Assembly: GCA_010093995.1 (NCBI GenBank) | Contig: ML992508.1 | Location: forward strand, 530,506 to 594,505 | From: Elsinoe ampelina | Taxonomy: Eukaryota | DNA length: 64,000 nt | Reading direction: 5' to 3' | Part shown: positions 38,227 to 52,199 of the stretch, piece after piece | Layout: every line of letters begins with the position of its first letter | Numbering within the stretch: the stretch's first letter is position 1 | Program-made: the position numbers and the translations under genes | The notes under the pieces: model-generated | Database searches by the model: none | What the model was told of the DNA's origin: nothing | What the model saw: only the letters and a program-made list of their open reading frames with translations

Positions 38227-40585
38227 TTTTAGTAGCTTTCTAGTTCTATACTATTAAAATTTTTTTAATCTATAAATTAAAAGTAGCTAATAGATTCTTA
38301 TAGAGTATTCTTATAGTCTTCTACTCCTTATTATATAGCTAGTAATATTTTATATTTCTACTCTTAAAATGTTAGTATTTAATAAAGACTTAGTTAATCC
38401 TTAACTATAGATACTCTTAGAAGTTGTTATACTACTACTACCTTTCCCCTACGAGCTTAAAGAGTTCTATATTAATTGCTAGGATAATTTATTCTCTACT
38501 TAATTCTATAAAACTATTAAAATTGTTAGCTATCTACTCTACTAACTAGATATACTACTTAAAGAATAGCTAGCTATATAAGCCTAAAAAACATAGTAGC
38601 CTATAATATTAATAGGTAGCGAATTAAGAGTTAGCAGAATACAAAACCTACTAAACTAGAATTCTATAACTCGCTATAGAGTTATTTAGGCTAACTTTAA
38701 CAAAGGTGCTAAGCTTACTAATAGAATACCTCTTATGTATTATCTATACTATAGTAGAGCTTTATAACACCTAATAACAAACTTAATTAGTAATAAACAC
38801 CTAATAAAACATCTTAGATGCTAAAGCTATTAGAATATAAAATCTCTTAGCTATAAACAATTAGTAGCTTAGATAGCTCTAATATAATTAAAAGTAAATA
38901 CTACTAGTACTATATTCTATATACTATAATTCTCCTTAGAACAATTTAAAAAAGAGCTTATTAAGGTTCTTATTAATTATAATTAGTTATTTCGAATAGT
39001 TAATAATTTCTCCTTTCTCTAATTTATATATTTCCTCTAGCTATATACTAATATTCTAGGTCGAACGCGAGCCTTAGAGCTATTAAAAGAGTACTATAAG
39101 GATATTTAGTCTAATCTTCTTACTAATCTTAGTAGTTAGATAAAAGTTTTAATTACGTTAGATAGCTAGTCTATAAATAACTATCTAAGTTTTATAGCTA
39201 TAAAGGTATACTATATTAATAATAACTAGTAAGTACGTAAGTGCCTACTAGATTTTATACTAATTAGTAGATAGTATACTAGAGTTGCGCTTAGCACGGA
39301 ACTACTAAGAGTTCTAAATAAAAAAAAGATTAATATATATCTTCTCGCTATTATAGTAGATAATATAAGTAACAATAACACTCTACGATCTAAAGTATAA
39401 TAAGGTCTTAAGAAGAAGAGTATATACTAGTATAACTATTAGAGCAGAGTTGGCCCCTTTAGGTTTAGTACTATACTAGGGTTTAGGTCGGCCTCTAGCT
39501 AGCGTAGTGCCGCTAAGGGCTTAGTAGCACTAGTACTAGCTCCGCACCGTAGCCGTAATAGCACTATACTAGTACTAGGTGCAGGTTAGGTCGTATATAT
39601 TCTAGACGTAGTATAGTACTAGGTTAGGTTAGTAGATAAGTAGTGTAGTACTATTAAGTCCTTAGTATACCCTTACTAGCACCGCACTAGGGTTACTATT
39701 CTTATAGTAAATTCTTACGGCAACTACTATGTCCTATAACTCTTATTACTTTTCTACTCTAAATACTTAAAGTTATAGTAGGTAAAGGATACTAGAGAGA
39801 AGCAAAAGTTATTAATTATTAACCCTTATATATAATTACGACCTAATAGTGATTTATAGAAGATTAACCTAATTAACATTATCTATATAACCTCTATAAG
39901 TCTATTTTATATACTTAGCTAGTAAGCTATACACTACCTAGAACTAATACCTTATTATTTTATTATCTACTTTATCCGGAGGACATTCTATCCTTAGTAA
40001 GTTTACCCTTATATAAATTATAACTCTTAACTAGTAAACTAGAGTACTAAAGCCATTAGGCAGAGTCTAAGACTAGAATAATTAGTTCTAGGTAGTTTAG
40101 CCTTTCTACTAACTTATAGTATAGTTACGGATTGCCTTAATACTATTAGATTGCTAGTTAATAGTAAGTGTAAGGCCGTCTAGGGCCTTAATCTCTACCT
40201 AAAGGTTATTAATAAATTTATAGTAAGTAATATTAGCCTAACGAATAATAGAGAGGCAAGTAGTAGATATAGTAGTAGATTTACTTAAATTCTAGTAACT
40301 GTTAGTATAAGTTATACTATAGCGATATAAAGGCATACTAGATAGTTGTTTAAATATTCCTAAGGAGAGAAAGAAGTAACTTAGCTAATAATCTACTTAT
40401 ATCTCTTAGTATAATAATAGCTATTATTCGATAATAGCTATTATTAGTATTATTGTTTTTTTATAATAGATAATAGCTATTATCTATATTGTTATTCTTA
40501 TAATAGGTAACGCTAGATATATATACCTTTTAGTTACTATTTCTCCTTCTTTCTCTTAAACCTCTCTTTCTCGTTGTTTAATATC

Positions 40586-41600
40586 TTCTTCTATAATGTC
40601 TCCTTCTTATGCTTAACTCTACCTCGACCTAGTAGATCTAATTCTCTTTTAGCCTTGTAAGATAACTTCTAGTAACTACGCTAGGCCCTTATACCTACGT
40701 TAGTATAAAGCCTATATCTGCTATATAACTCTTATATATCTTAACTTTAACAACAACTACGAAATCTAAGCCGAATATATCTATAATAACTATAGAGGTT
40801 CGGCACTTCGCTATAAAGCCTACTACACTTATAATACTCCTTATAACTTTATAGGTGTTCCTAATCTAATCTTTCTCTATAATCTAACGAATATTAGTAT
40901 AATATCTTATAGACTAACGACATCTTCGACCTAATCGACATATAGCGCGCTATTAATCGTCTTATTCTCGATAGAAGAGCAGATTTACTCTTACTCTTTA
41001 CTATGTACTATAATATTAAACGTAAGTAGGAGGAGTTAGATTATATTAACGACAGTAACAATAGTATTTCTTCTAACAACTAATCTAATTAAGGTGGCGT
41101 AGTTAAAGCATCGGCGGGCTAATAGCTTTAGATAGTTATTAATAATATAGACTTACACTTTATAAAGACTTAATTATATTACCTCTTCCTATAAGTGACT
41201 AAAATTAACTATAATAACGGCGTATATAAGCTCTTAAAGTAGAAGTGTTTATATTACCTCTAGCTACACTAGTAGTTATATTACTACCCTAGGTAGCACT
41301 ATCGGTACTAGCGGTAGAAGTACCTCTCTTATTGTCCCCTTTACTATCGGTGTTATTCTAGAAAGTAACCTAACTATTATCGGGCTTAAACCTAGTAAGG
41401 AAGTTAGGAGTATAATAAGGTAGATATTAGTAATAGCGTAGAGAGTAGTGTCGGTAATAAGTTAGCTAAGGTCGTAGGTGCTATAGTAGAGATAGTTATT
41501 AAGGTCGATAATAAAGGGAGTAGTATAGAGATTAGTTATAGCTTTAGCCTTTGTATTATAGTCGATCTACATAATTTCCTTATTAACGTTTTTATAAGCG
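40586..41600 (+). pseudogene. hAT cargo gene convergent with the transposase, two introns, unknown function (copy A at ~49000-50022, minus strand)
   Basis: TATA and CT-rich leader; ATG kept in both copies; introns 40851-40897 and 41022-41131 with branch sites and consistent phase; exon 2 TNDIFDLIDI*RAINRLILDRRADLLLLF. 3' end approximate. Confidence 0.6.
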
Positions 41601-41851
41601 AATCTAGTACGACTAACGTAGATACGAATATAGTTATATTAAAGATACTAGCGGGCAAGGGAATAAGCTTCCTTAGAGCGGCTAACGAAAGGAGACTATT
41701 AGTATTAGTAGGTGGAATTATATATAGTAATAGAGAAGGTACACGCAGAAGTACTTTAGAGTAGGTGTTAGTATAGATACTATAAGAGTATTATTACTTA
41801 GAGGCTATTAACTAGATATACTTAGAATACTAGCCTCTAACCTTAGCAACG

Positions 41852-44388
41852 TTATGTAGTAGATCTTTGTCCTTATTATACTCTTCTTCCTTGTTAACCT
41901 CTTTGTCGCTTAAACTATAGGTAGTAATATCTCTAAAGTTGTCGCTTATACCGTCTATCCCGCTATTAGTATTATTATTAGCGGTAGTAAAATTGTCTAT
42001 CTTAGCTAATTAGATGTTTTAAAGATTGTTTTCTACTAGCTTAGAGACTATAATTTATTAGATTATCTACGGAAGTAGTCTATGCCTTCGATTACTAATA
42101 ATATTCTTCGCTATATTAAAAACATATTTAACACCTACGCCGGCGATTAGTATTATAAGAATATTATAAGTAACATAAGCTAGTTATAGGAATAAGTACT
42201 TATTTTCTTTCTACTAAGAAAGAATGTTAAATTCTAATGTTTCCTATATAGGTAGAGTTCTAAGGTAATTCTTCTCTTCTATCCTTATTATATAGATATT
42301 ACTCTACTCTTACGAAAGTATATTATCTTAGCTAGATACTAGAGGTGTAAAGCTACTCCCTATGTTTAATAAGGAAGACTTCTTAAACTAGTAAGTAATA
42401 GACAAGGCTAGTAGAGGAGGCAGGAGAGTAGTTTAAGGAGGGTAGTTATTATTATAGTAATTAAGGTAGTCGAGGAACTATTTATAGTAAAGCAATTTAA
42501 AATATAGTTCCTACAAAGTATACTTATATATACTAAGTTTCTAAGTTAGATCTAAGATTATACTATAATTAAATAGGAAACCTTAACCTCTACTTGTTTA
42601 CTTATAATACTTAGAAAGCTTAGTATAACTAGCTTTCGCTACATTTTATATAACTAATAGCTAGTCTAAGTTATTATCCTCTTTCTAAGTAGACTTAACT
42701 ATATTAAGAAAGTTAAAAAGAGTATTATACATAAGCTATATATATTATACTAATAGCGTATAAGACTAACTTAGCTAGTTAGTTACATCCTTAAAATTCT
42801 CTAGTATTTAGACAACAATCTTTAGATATGCCTATTCGGTATAGCCGAGGTAAAGGCGTTTTATATCTACGCAATTAATAGATGCTATATCTTAATTAGC
42901 TAGCGCTTTATTAGTTTAGAGCTTATATGCAATTATAATCTCTACGTTAAGCTATTTGTTAATAATTAGTTAAAGTTTAATAGCTTACTTATATATATTA
43001 TACGTTAAGTTCTAATAGGTATAAACGTCCTAAATAACTAAGAGTTATTTACGAGGAGGTAGATATGCTTAAAGGGATTTAAAGTGTTAGTAGCGTTAAG
43101 GGGATTAGTTAATTATAATACAAATTACATAGAGCTTTAAAATTGGTTAAAAAACTATAAGAAAGAACTATAAGAAATATAACTTACTTTATAGAGGGAA
43201 TTTAAAACTGATAGAGTTATTCGAATATTACGGAGATACTACTTCTTAAGCTTATTAGCTTTCTTATTGTCCTCGGTGGTTTCTAGCTATAGGGCTTAAA
43301 TAATATCTTATATAACAAGATTAATTACGTAGGCTAGACATAGAATTATATTCTCGATAGAGAACTAGTATATACTTTTCTTCTTAAGACCTTGTTATAC
43401 TTTAGATCGTAGAGTGTTATTATTGCTTATATTGTCTACTATAATAGCGAGAAGGTATATGTTAATCTTTTTTTTATTTAGAACTCTTAGTAGTTCTATG
43501 CTAAGTGTAACTCTAGTATACCGTCTACTAATTAGTATAAAATCTAGTAGGCACTTACGTACTTACTAGTTATTGTTAATATAGTATGCCTTTATAGCTA
43601 TAAAACTTAGATAGTTATTCGTAGACTAGCTATCTAGTACAATTAAAACTTTTGTCTAACTACTAAGATTAGTAAGAAGATTAGACTAAATGTCCTTATA
43701 GTGCTCTTTTAATAGCTCTAAGGCCTACGTCTAACCTAGAATATTAGTATATAGCTAGAGGAAATATATAAATTAGAGAAAGAAGGAATTATTAACTATT
43801 TAGAATAACTAATTATAATTAATAAGGACCTTAATAAGCTCTTTTTTAAATTGTTCTAGGGAGAATTACGATATACGAGATATAGTGCTAGTAGCGTTTA
43901 CTTTTAATTACGTTAGAGCTATCTAAGCTACTAATTGTTTATAGCTAGGAGATTTTATATTCTAGTAGCTTTAGTGTCCGAGATGTTTTATTAGGTGTTT
44001 ATTACTAATTAAGTTTATTATTAGGTGTTATAAAGCTCTACTATAGCGGAGACAATATATAAGAGGTGTTCTATTAGTAAGCTTAGTACCTTTATTAAAG
44101 TTGGCCTAAATAACTCTATAGCGAGTTATAGAATTCTAGTTTAGTAGGTTTCGTATTTTACTAACTCTTAATTCGCTACCTATTAATATTATAAGCTACT
44201 ATGTTTTTTAGGCTTATATAGCTAGCTATTCTTTAAGTAGTATATCTAGTTAGTAGAGTAGATAGCTAATAATTTTAATAGTTTTATAGAATTAAGTAGA
44301 GGATAGATTATCCTAGCAATTGACATAGAACTCTTTAAGCTTATAGGGGAGAGGTAGTAGTAGTATAACAACTTCTAAGAGTATCTAT
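41852..44388 (-). pseudogene. Uninterrupted hAT transposase of copy B (RIP-inactivated)
   Basis: Reverse complement of the joined halves of the copy A transposase, with the same motifs. Confidence 0.88.
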
Positions 44389-46247
44389 AGTTAAGGATTA
44401 ACTAAGTCTTTATTAAATACTAACATTTTAAGAGTAGAAATATAAAATATTACTAGCTATATAATAAGGAGTAGAAGACTATAAAAATACTTTATAAGAA
44501 TTTATTAGCTACTCTTAATTTATAGATTAAAAAAATTTTAATAGTATAGAACTAGAAAGCTACTAAAACTATAGTCTAATTTTCCTAACTTAAGGTTAAT
44601 CTATTTATTCTTATCTATATTATCTTTACTCTTACTCTTCTTATTATTATTATTACTCTTATCTATTGCCTTATTATTATCTTTATCCTAATTCTCTTTA
44701 TTAGAATTATTAAAGTCCCTAGTAGTAACTACTTTATAGTATATTTTAGCTACTTCCTTAGTCTTATACTTATTAGGTTCTTTATTAAGAAGGTCTTTAA
44801 TCTTAGAGTTATTCTTAACTTCTTCTTTAACCTTGTTATTACTATACTTAATATAGTAATTGTTAGATTTAAGTAAAATATTATTATTCTTATACTTAAA
44901 TTCTAGTTCGGAAGTAAGTTTATATTTGCTTTAATAGATTAGCCTATAACTATAAGAAATAACTATAAGAAATAACCTATACCTAATTATTTGCCTATAC
45001 TACTTAGAGTTTAGTAGGTGTTATATTCTTAATAAACTTCTTAAACTTAGCTTAGTTACTATTGTTATAGTTGCTAGTATTATATAGTAAGTTAATGCTA
45101 TTATAGTAGATCTTATAGGTCTATTTCTTAAGAATTCCGCTAGTGCCGAGAAGATGTTTTACTTAGCAATTTAGAAATATATTTATCTTATTATAGAGTA
45201 CCTTCTTTATATAATTAGTAAGGAGTTACTTATAGCAAAGAAGAGTATTAGCTTTATAAATACTACTTTATTTTTAGTAGATAGATATAAACTTATTCTC
45301 TAACTATTCCCCTATATAGAATTAGTAGATATACTATAAGAATATACTATAAGAAATATACTACTTTACTAGGTATAATAGTAAGTCTCTACTATCTTCT
45401 TATATACTATATCAAAGATAGCTTCTTTCTCCTTATTAGATATTACTTAGAATTCCTTAGAGTTCTTAAGTTTTACCTTAAGTATATGTTTTATAAAGTA
45501 ATTAGTATTACTAGTAGTAGTAAAGGCTTTCTCCTCTATACTAGCTTATATAGTATAATCTCTTTACTAAATAGCTTACTAGGTATTACTAAGCTATACT
45601 TTCTACTATAGAATTCTAAGGGGGTAGCTATAGTAAGAAGTTCTAGTATTCTAAAAGTGATTTTTAATCTAGTATTTAATCTTATTAGCCTCGGAATTAA
45701 AACTCTATAGTCTAGTTAGTATTTAACTATAAGAAGTATCTATAAGAATTACTCCTATTATAATAAGAATTACTTCCTCTTCCTTAGTTATTTCTTTAGT
45801 CTTAATTACTAAAGTATTAGTTATTTCTTCCTCTTTACTAAAGGTTTACTAATCTATAGGATTAGTAAATATTATAGATTAAGAATTAGTAGTAATTTAT
45901 AAGAGAAGGTAGAATATTAAGTATAATAGAGAGCAAGATATAAGATATAAGTTTTATAAGAAGAAGATAAGGAGAGAAGAATTTAGTATTTCTTATATAT
46001 ATAGTAAATAGAGTAGCTAGGAATATAAGTAATAATAGGTATTAATCCTATTATTATACTAATATAAAGTTGTTAATATTGTTAATATAAAGTCGTTATA
46101 GTAGAAAATAATAATACAAAATTTATATTTTATATACTATTATAAATTCCTTAATAAGGCTTAATATCTCGCTCTTAGTATTTTTACCTTACTCTTCTTT
46201 ACCTTTATAAACAAATTTTAATAATTAATTTAAAAATTTACATAGCT

Positions 46248-46829
46248 ATAGCTTATAAGAAGTAAGTAACACCTCTAAAAAGAGTAAAGCTAAGGAAGTA
46301 AAGCACTAAGAAAACTACTACTAAAAAGCCTACTATAGGTAGTTACGTAACAAAATTTAAACTAGCATTAACTAGACAAATTTACTAGGCAAAGAGCTAT
46401 AGGTTTAAGCTAGGCAGTTAGTTTCTTATAGTAAATTCTTATAGTCTTATATCTAATATAGTATAGCTATCGCTCTCCGAGAGATTTATTACTACTAGAA
46501 GACAACTAAACTCCTTATATATAAGCTTCCCTTCTCCTACGTTGTTTATAACATTATATAAGATATTAAGTTAATACTTATAAGTAGAGATTTACGCTTT
46601 ACACTAGATGCTATTAAGTATCTCTAGGAAGCAAGTAAGGCAATACTAGTAGAATATTTTAAAGGTATATTAACTATGCATTTAGAATATATAATACCTT
46701 ATACTAACAACTATAGTAGACTATAATCTTAATGCTATTTATACTAAGCGTTATACTATTATACAGAAAGACTCTTAGCTTACTAAGAAATATTATAACA
46801 AGTACTATCTACTTACTTTCTTTAATTAG
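46248..46829 (+). pseudogene. Histone H3-like gene in hAT copy B (RIP-inactivated)
   Basis: Exons 46248-46416, 46467-46664, 46720-46829; direct translation gives RFKLG/TIALREIYYY*KTTKLLIYKLPFSYVV...DLRFTLDAIKYL*EASKAILVEYFK/DYNLNAIYTKRYTIIQKDS*LTKK, collinear with the H3 histone fold. Confidence 0.92.
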
Positions 46830-49800
46830 TAAGACCTCTCCTCTATAATACTATAAGAATAAACTATAAGAAATAGGTAGGTGTATTTTTACATAGACTA
46901 GACTATTAAATTTCCTTTCTATAGACTTATTACAATACTAAAGTATAGTATAGTAACTATAGTTACCTTAAAGCCTAACTAAGGTATAGTGCTATAACGT
47001 AGTATAATACTAGGATTTAACTCTAGTGCTACTTCGGTGTAGTACTATTATAGTGTAGTATAGCGCTATTATAGTATAGTACTATTCTTGCTTAACTACG
47101 GTGTAGTACTAGTGCTAATGTAGTAGGGTACGGAGCTAGTGCTATTTAGTTTAGCACCGGGTGCTAACCTACTAAGAATAGCTTTATACTAGCACCGGGG
47201 TTAGCCTTTAGCTGCCCTAACCCCGCCCTAACGGTTATACTAGTATATACTAGTCCTCTATTAAGAATATAATTCTATGTCTAGCCTATATAATTAATCT
47301 TATTATATAAGATATTATTTAAGCCCTATAGCTAGAAACTACTAAGGACAATAAGAAAGCTAATAAGCTTAAGAAGTAGTATCTCTATAATATCTAAATA
47401 ACTCTATTAGTTCTAAATTCCCTTTATAAAGTAAGTTATATTTCTTATAGTTCTTTCTTATAGTTTTTTAACTAATTTTAAAGCTCTATACAATTTATAT
47501 TATAATTAACTAATTCCCTTAACGCTACTAACACTTTAAATCCCTTTAAGTATATCTACTTCCTCGTAAATAACTCTTAGTTATTTAGGACATTTACATC
47601 TATTAGAACTTAATATATAATATATATAAGCGAGCTATTAAACTTTAACTAATTATTAATAAATAGCTTAACGCGGAGATTGTAATTATATATAAGTCCT
47701 AAACTAATAAAGCGCTAGCTAATTAAGATATAGTATCTATCGATTGCGTAGATATAAAACACCTTTACCTTAGCTACGCTAAATAGGCATATCTAAAGAT
47801 TGTTATCCAAATACTAGAGAATTTTAAGGATATAACTAACTAGCTAAGTTAGTCTTATACGCTATTAGTACAATATATATAGCTTATGTATAATACCCTT
47901 TTCGACTTCTTTAACGTAGTTAAGTCTACTTAGAAAAAGAATAATAACTTAGACTAGCTATTAGTTATATAAAATGTAGTAAAAGCTAGTTACACTAAGC
48001 TTTCTAAGTATTATAAGCAAACAAGTAGAGGTTAAGGTTTCCTATTTATCTATAGTATAATCTTAGATCTAACTTAGAAACTTAGTGTATATAAGTATAC
48101 TTCGTAGGAACTATATTTTAAATCGCTTTACTATAAATAGTTCCTCGACTACCTTAATTACTATAATAATAACTACTCTTCTTAAACTACTCTCCTACCT
48201 CCTCTACTAGCCTTATCTATTACTTACTAGTTTAAGAAGCCTTTCTTATCGAATATAGAGAGTAGCTTTACACCTCTAGTATCTAGCTAAGATAATATAC
48301 TTTCGTAAGAGTAGAGTAATATCTATATAATAAGAATAGAAAGGGAAAATTACCTTAGGACTCTACCTATATAGGAAATATTAGAATTTAATATTCTTTC
48401 TTAGTAGAAAGAAAATAAGTACTTATTCCTATAACTAGCTTATATTACTTGTAATGTTCTTATAATACTAATCGCTAGCGTAGGTATTAAATGTGTTTTT
48501 AATATAGCGAAGAATATTATTAGTAATCGAAGGTATAGACTACTTCCGTAGACAATTCGACAAATTATAGTCTCTAAGCTAGTAGAAAACAATCTTTAAA
48601 ATATCTAATCGACTAAGACGGACAATTTTACTACTGCTAATAATAATACTAATAGTAGAATAGATAGTATAAGTAATAACTTTAGAGATATTACTACCTA
48701 TAGTTTAAGTAATAAAGAGGTTAATAAGGAAGAAGAGTACAATAAGGACAAAGATCTACTATATAACGTTACTAAGGTTAGAGGCTAGTATTCTAAGCGT
48801 ATCTAGTTAATAGCCTCCGAGTAATAATACTCTTATAGTATCTATACTAATACCTACTCTAAAGCACTTCCACGCATACCTTCCCTATTACTATATATAA
48901 TTCTACCTACTAATGCTAATAGTCTCCCTTTGTTAGCTACCCTAAGGAAGCTTATTCTCTTACCTACTAGTATCTTTAATATAACTACATTTATATCTAT
49001 GTTAGTTATACTAGATCCGCTTATAAAAACGTTAACGAGGAAATCGTATAGATTAACTATAATATAAAGGCTAAAGCTATAACTAATCTCCGCGCTACTT
49101 TCCTTGTTATTGACCTTAATAACTACCTCCGCTATAGTACCTATAACCTTAGCTAACTTATTACTAACGCTACTCTCTACGCTATTACTAATATTTACCT
49201 TATTATACTCCTAACTTCCTTGCTAGGTTTAAGCCTAATAATAGTTAGGTTACTTTCTAGAATAACATCGATAGTAAAGAGAACAACGAGGGAGGTACTT
49301 CTACCGCTAGTACTAATAGTGCTACCTAGAGTAGTAATATAACTATTAGTGTAGCTAGAGATAATATAAACACTTCTACTTTAAGAGCTTATATATGTCG
49401 TTATTATAGTTAATTTTAGTTACTTATAGGAAGAGGTAACATAATTAAGTCTTTATAAAGTATAAGTCTATATTATTAATAACTATCTAAAGCTATTAGC
49501 CCGCCGACGCTTTAACTACGCTACCTTAATTAGATTAGTTATTAGAAGAAACACTATTATTACTATCGTCGATATAATCTAACTTCTCCTACTTACGTTT
49601 AATATTATAGTATATAGTAAAGAGTAAGAGTAGATCTACTCTTCTATTAAGAATAAGACAATTAATAGTGCGCTATATATCGATTAAGTTAAAGATGTTA
49701 TTAGTCTATAAGATATTATACTAATATTCGTTAGATTATAGAGAAAGATTAGATTAGGAACACTTATAAAGTTATAAGGGGTATTGTAAGTATAATAGGC

Positions 49801-52199
49801 TTTATAGTAAAGTACCGAACCTCTATAGTTATTATAGATATATTCGGCTTAGATTTTATAGTTGTTATTAAAGTTAAGATATATAAGAGTTATACGGCAG
49901 ATATAGGCTTTGTACTAACGTAGGTATAAGGGCCTAGCACAGTCGCTAGGAGTTATCTTATAAGGCTAAAAGAGAATTAGATCTACTAGGTCGAGGTAGA
50001 GTTAAGTATAAGAAGAAGACATTATAGAAGAAGATATTAAATAACAAGAAAGAGAAGTTTAAGAGGAAGAAGGAGAAATAGTAACTAAAAGGTATATATA
50101 TCTAGTATTACCTATTATAAGAACGACAATATAGATAATAGCTATTATCTATTATAAAAAAAACAACAATACTAATAATAGCTATTATTAAACAATAGCT
50201 ATTATTAAACAATAGCTATTATTATACTAAGAGATATAAGTAGATTATTAGCTAAGTTACTTCTTTCTCTCCTTAGGAATATTTAAACAACTATCTAGTA
50301 TGCCTTTACGTCGCTATAGTATAACTTATACTAATAGTTGCTAGAATTTAAGCAAATCTACTACTATATCTACTACTTGCCTCTCTATTATTTGTTAGGC
50401 TAATATTACTTACTATAAATTTATTAACAACCTTTAGGTAGAGATTAAGGCCCTAGACAGCCTTATACTTACTATTAACTAGTAATCTAATAGCATTAAG
50501 GCAATCCGCAACTATACTATAAGTTAGTAGGAAGGCTAAACTATCTAGAACTAATTATTCTAGTCTTAGACTCTACTTAATAGCTTTAGTACTCCGGTTT
50601 ACTAGTTAAGGGTTATAATTTATATAAGAGTAAACTTACTAAGGATAGAATATTCTCCGGATAAAGTAGATAATAAGATAATAAGGTATTAGTTCTAGGT
50701 AGTATATAGCTTACTAGCTAAGTACGTAAAATAGGCTTATAGGGGTTATATAGATAATATTAATTAGGTTAATCTTCTATAAATTACTATTAGGTCGTAA
50801 TTATATATAAGGGTTAATAATTAATAACTTTTGCTTCTCTCTAGTATCCTTTACCTACTATAACTTTAAGTATTTAGAGCGGAAAAGTAACAAGAGTTAT
50901 AGGACATAGCAGTTGCTATAAGAATTTACTATAAGAATAGTAACCCTAGTATAGTGCTAGTAAAAGTACGCTAAGGACTTAATAGCACTATACTACTTAT
51001 CTACCGACCTAACCTAGTACTATACTACGTCTAGAATATATACGACCCGACCTATACCTAGTACTAGTATAGTACTATTATAGCTACAGTGTAGAGCTAG
51101 TACTAGTACTACTAAGCTCTTAGTAGCACCGCGCTAGCTAGAGGCCAACCTAAACCCGGTATAGTACTAAACCTAAAGGGGCTAACTCTGCCCTAATAGT
51201 TACACTAATAATACTTAGAGATTAACTCTTAAGGTAGCCCTCCTTAAAAAGGATATACTTAGATATACAATTTATAACATTAACTAGATACTAGTAGTTA
51301 TAAAGCCTAAAGAACTAGCTCTAGATACTAGTAAAGGCACTAAGGTAGTCTATAAGGTTAGGAATAAGACCTAGTATAAGAATAATAGAATTACTTATAG
51401 TGTTATTATAATAAGGATTTATAAATCTATTAGACCTTACTATAGTATAACTTAGAAGACTTTAAAGAAACTTCTAGATACTATTAAAGCTATATTTAAA
51501 CCTATTGTTTTATATAAGCTATATATAGCTATCTATAACCTTAATAAGGTAATTATAACAAGTTATAATACCTAAAGGTACTATAAAGATTTTATAAAGT
51601 ACTATTATTAATACACTATTACTATAGAGCAAAGAGTAAGCACTATTAGTACTAAACTAGATAAGTTTAGGCTCCCTCTATACTATATTAAGACTATATT
51701 TATTATAGGAATAGAGACTACTAAATAGTTAAGGAGCTAAAGATCTAGCCTTAACTATAAGAAGAGTCTTAAAGAGATAATAGACTCTCTTAGAATATAA
51801 AAGCCCTTATATAATAGAAGAACTAATCTAAACTCTATTTATAGAGTAGCTAGTTATATTAAGGATTAATACACTTAGTATACTTATTATGTCTACTCTA
51901 ATATAGATTACTTTAAGTAGTACCCTAAGAAAGTACTAAAGAGTTAGAGTAAAAGGAATAATAAAGATAGGTTAAATAATAAAGGTATAAAGGCTAAAGG
52001 CAAAAGTAATAAGTTAAACACTAAGAAAGTTAGAGGTTAAGTAGCTATTAAAGAATCTAGAGAACCTACTAAGGTAGGTAAATTAGATAAACACTCTAAC
52101 ACTAATATTAATATTATTATACTAGTCTATAGGGCAGTAGTAGTATCTATATTATTATCCTTAACCTATAGTAAGAATAGAGTAATCTATAACTCTAGT

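Larger units (their letters stand above)
39428..47242 (-). mobile_element. hAT DNA transposon, inner copy B (7,815 bp), inverted relative to copy A
   Basis: TIRs at 39428-39451 and 47219-47242; 8-bp TSD GTATATAC at 39420-39427 and 47243-47250; the same site is single-copy in B's own transposase (~43368-43375). Confidence 0.93.
38407..48766 (+). pseudogene. hAT transposase of copy A, split by copy B (38407-39427 and 47251-48766)
   Basis: After reversing RIP: BED-like CLRC...KHL, SIALDGWS, LLAITVDNASNN, IPCLAHVINL, and dimerisation motif GVGVERVFNIAKDVIGDRRHRL. Confidence 0.88.
35520..51207 (+). mobile_element. hAT DNA transposon, outer copy A (~7,865 bp without the nested copy)
   Basis: ~24-bp TIRs TAGTGTAACTATTAGAGCAGAGTT / AACTCTGCCCTAATAGTTACACTA; perfect 8-bp TSD ATAATACT at 35512-35519 and 51208-51215; GCACCG/GCACTA subterminal repeats. 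Confidence 0.92.

Noticed and set aside
49600..50081. Apparent Cys-rich ORF on the transposase strand of hAT copy A
   Set aside because: Arises from over-reversing TAT to TGT. The opposite strand has TATA, leader, intact ATG and phased introns, so this is the shadow of that gene.
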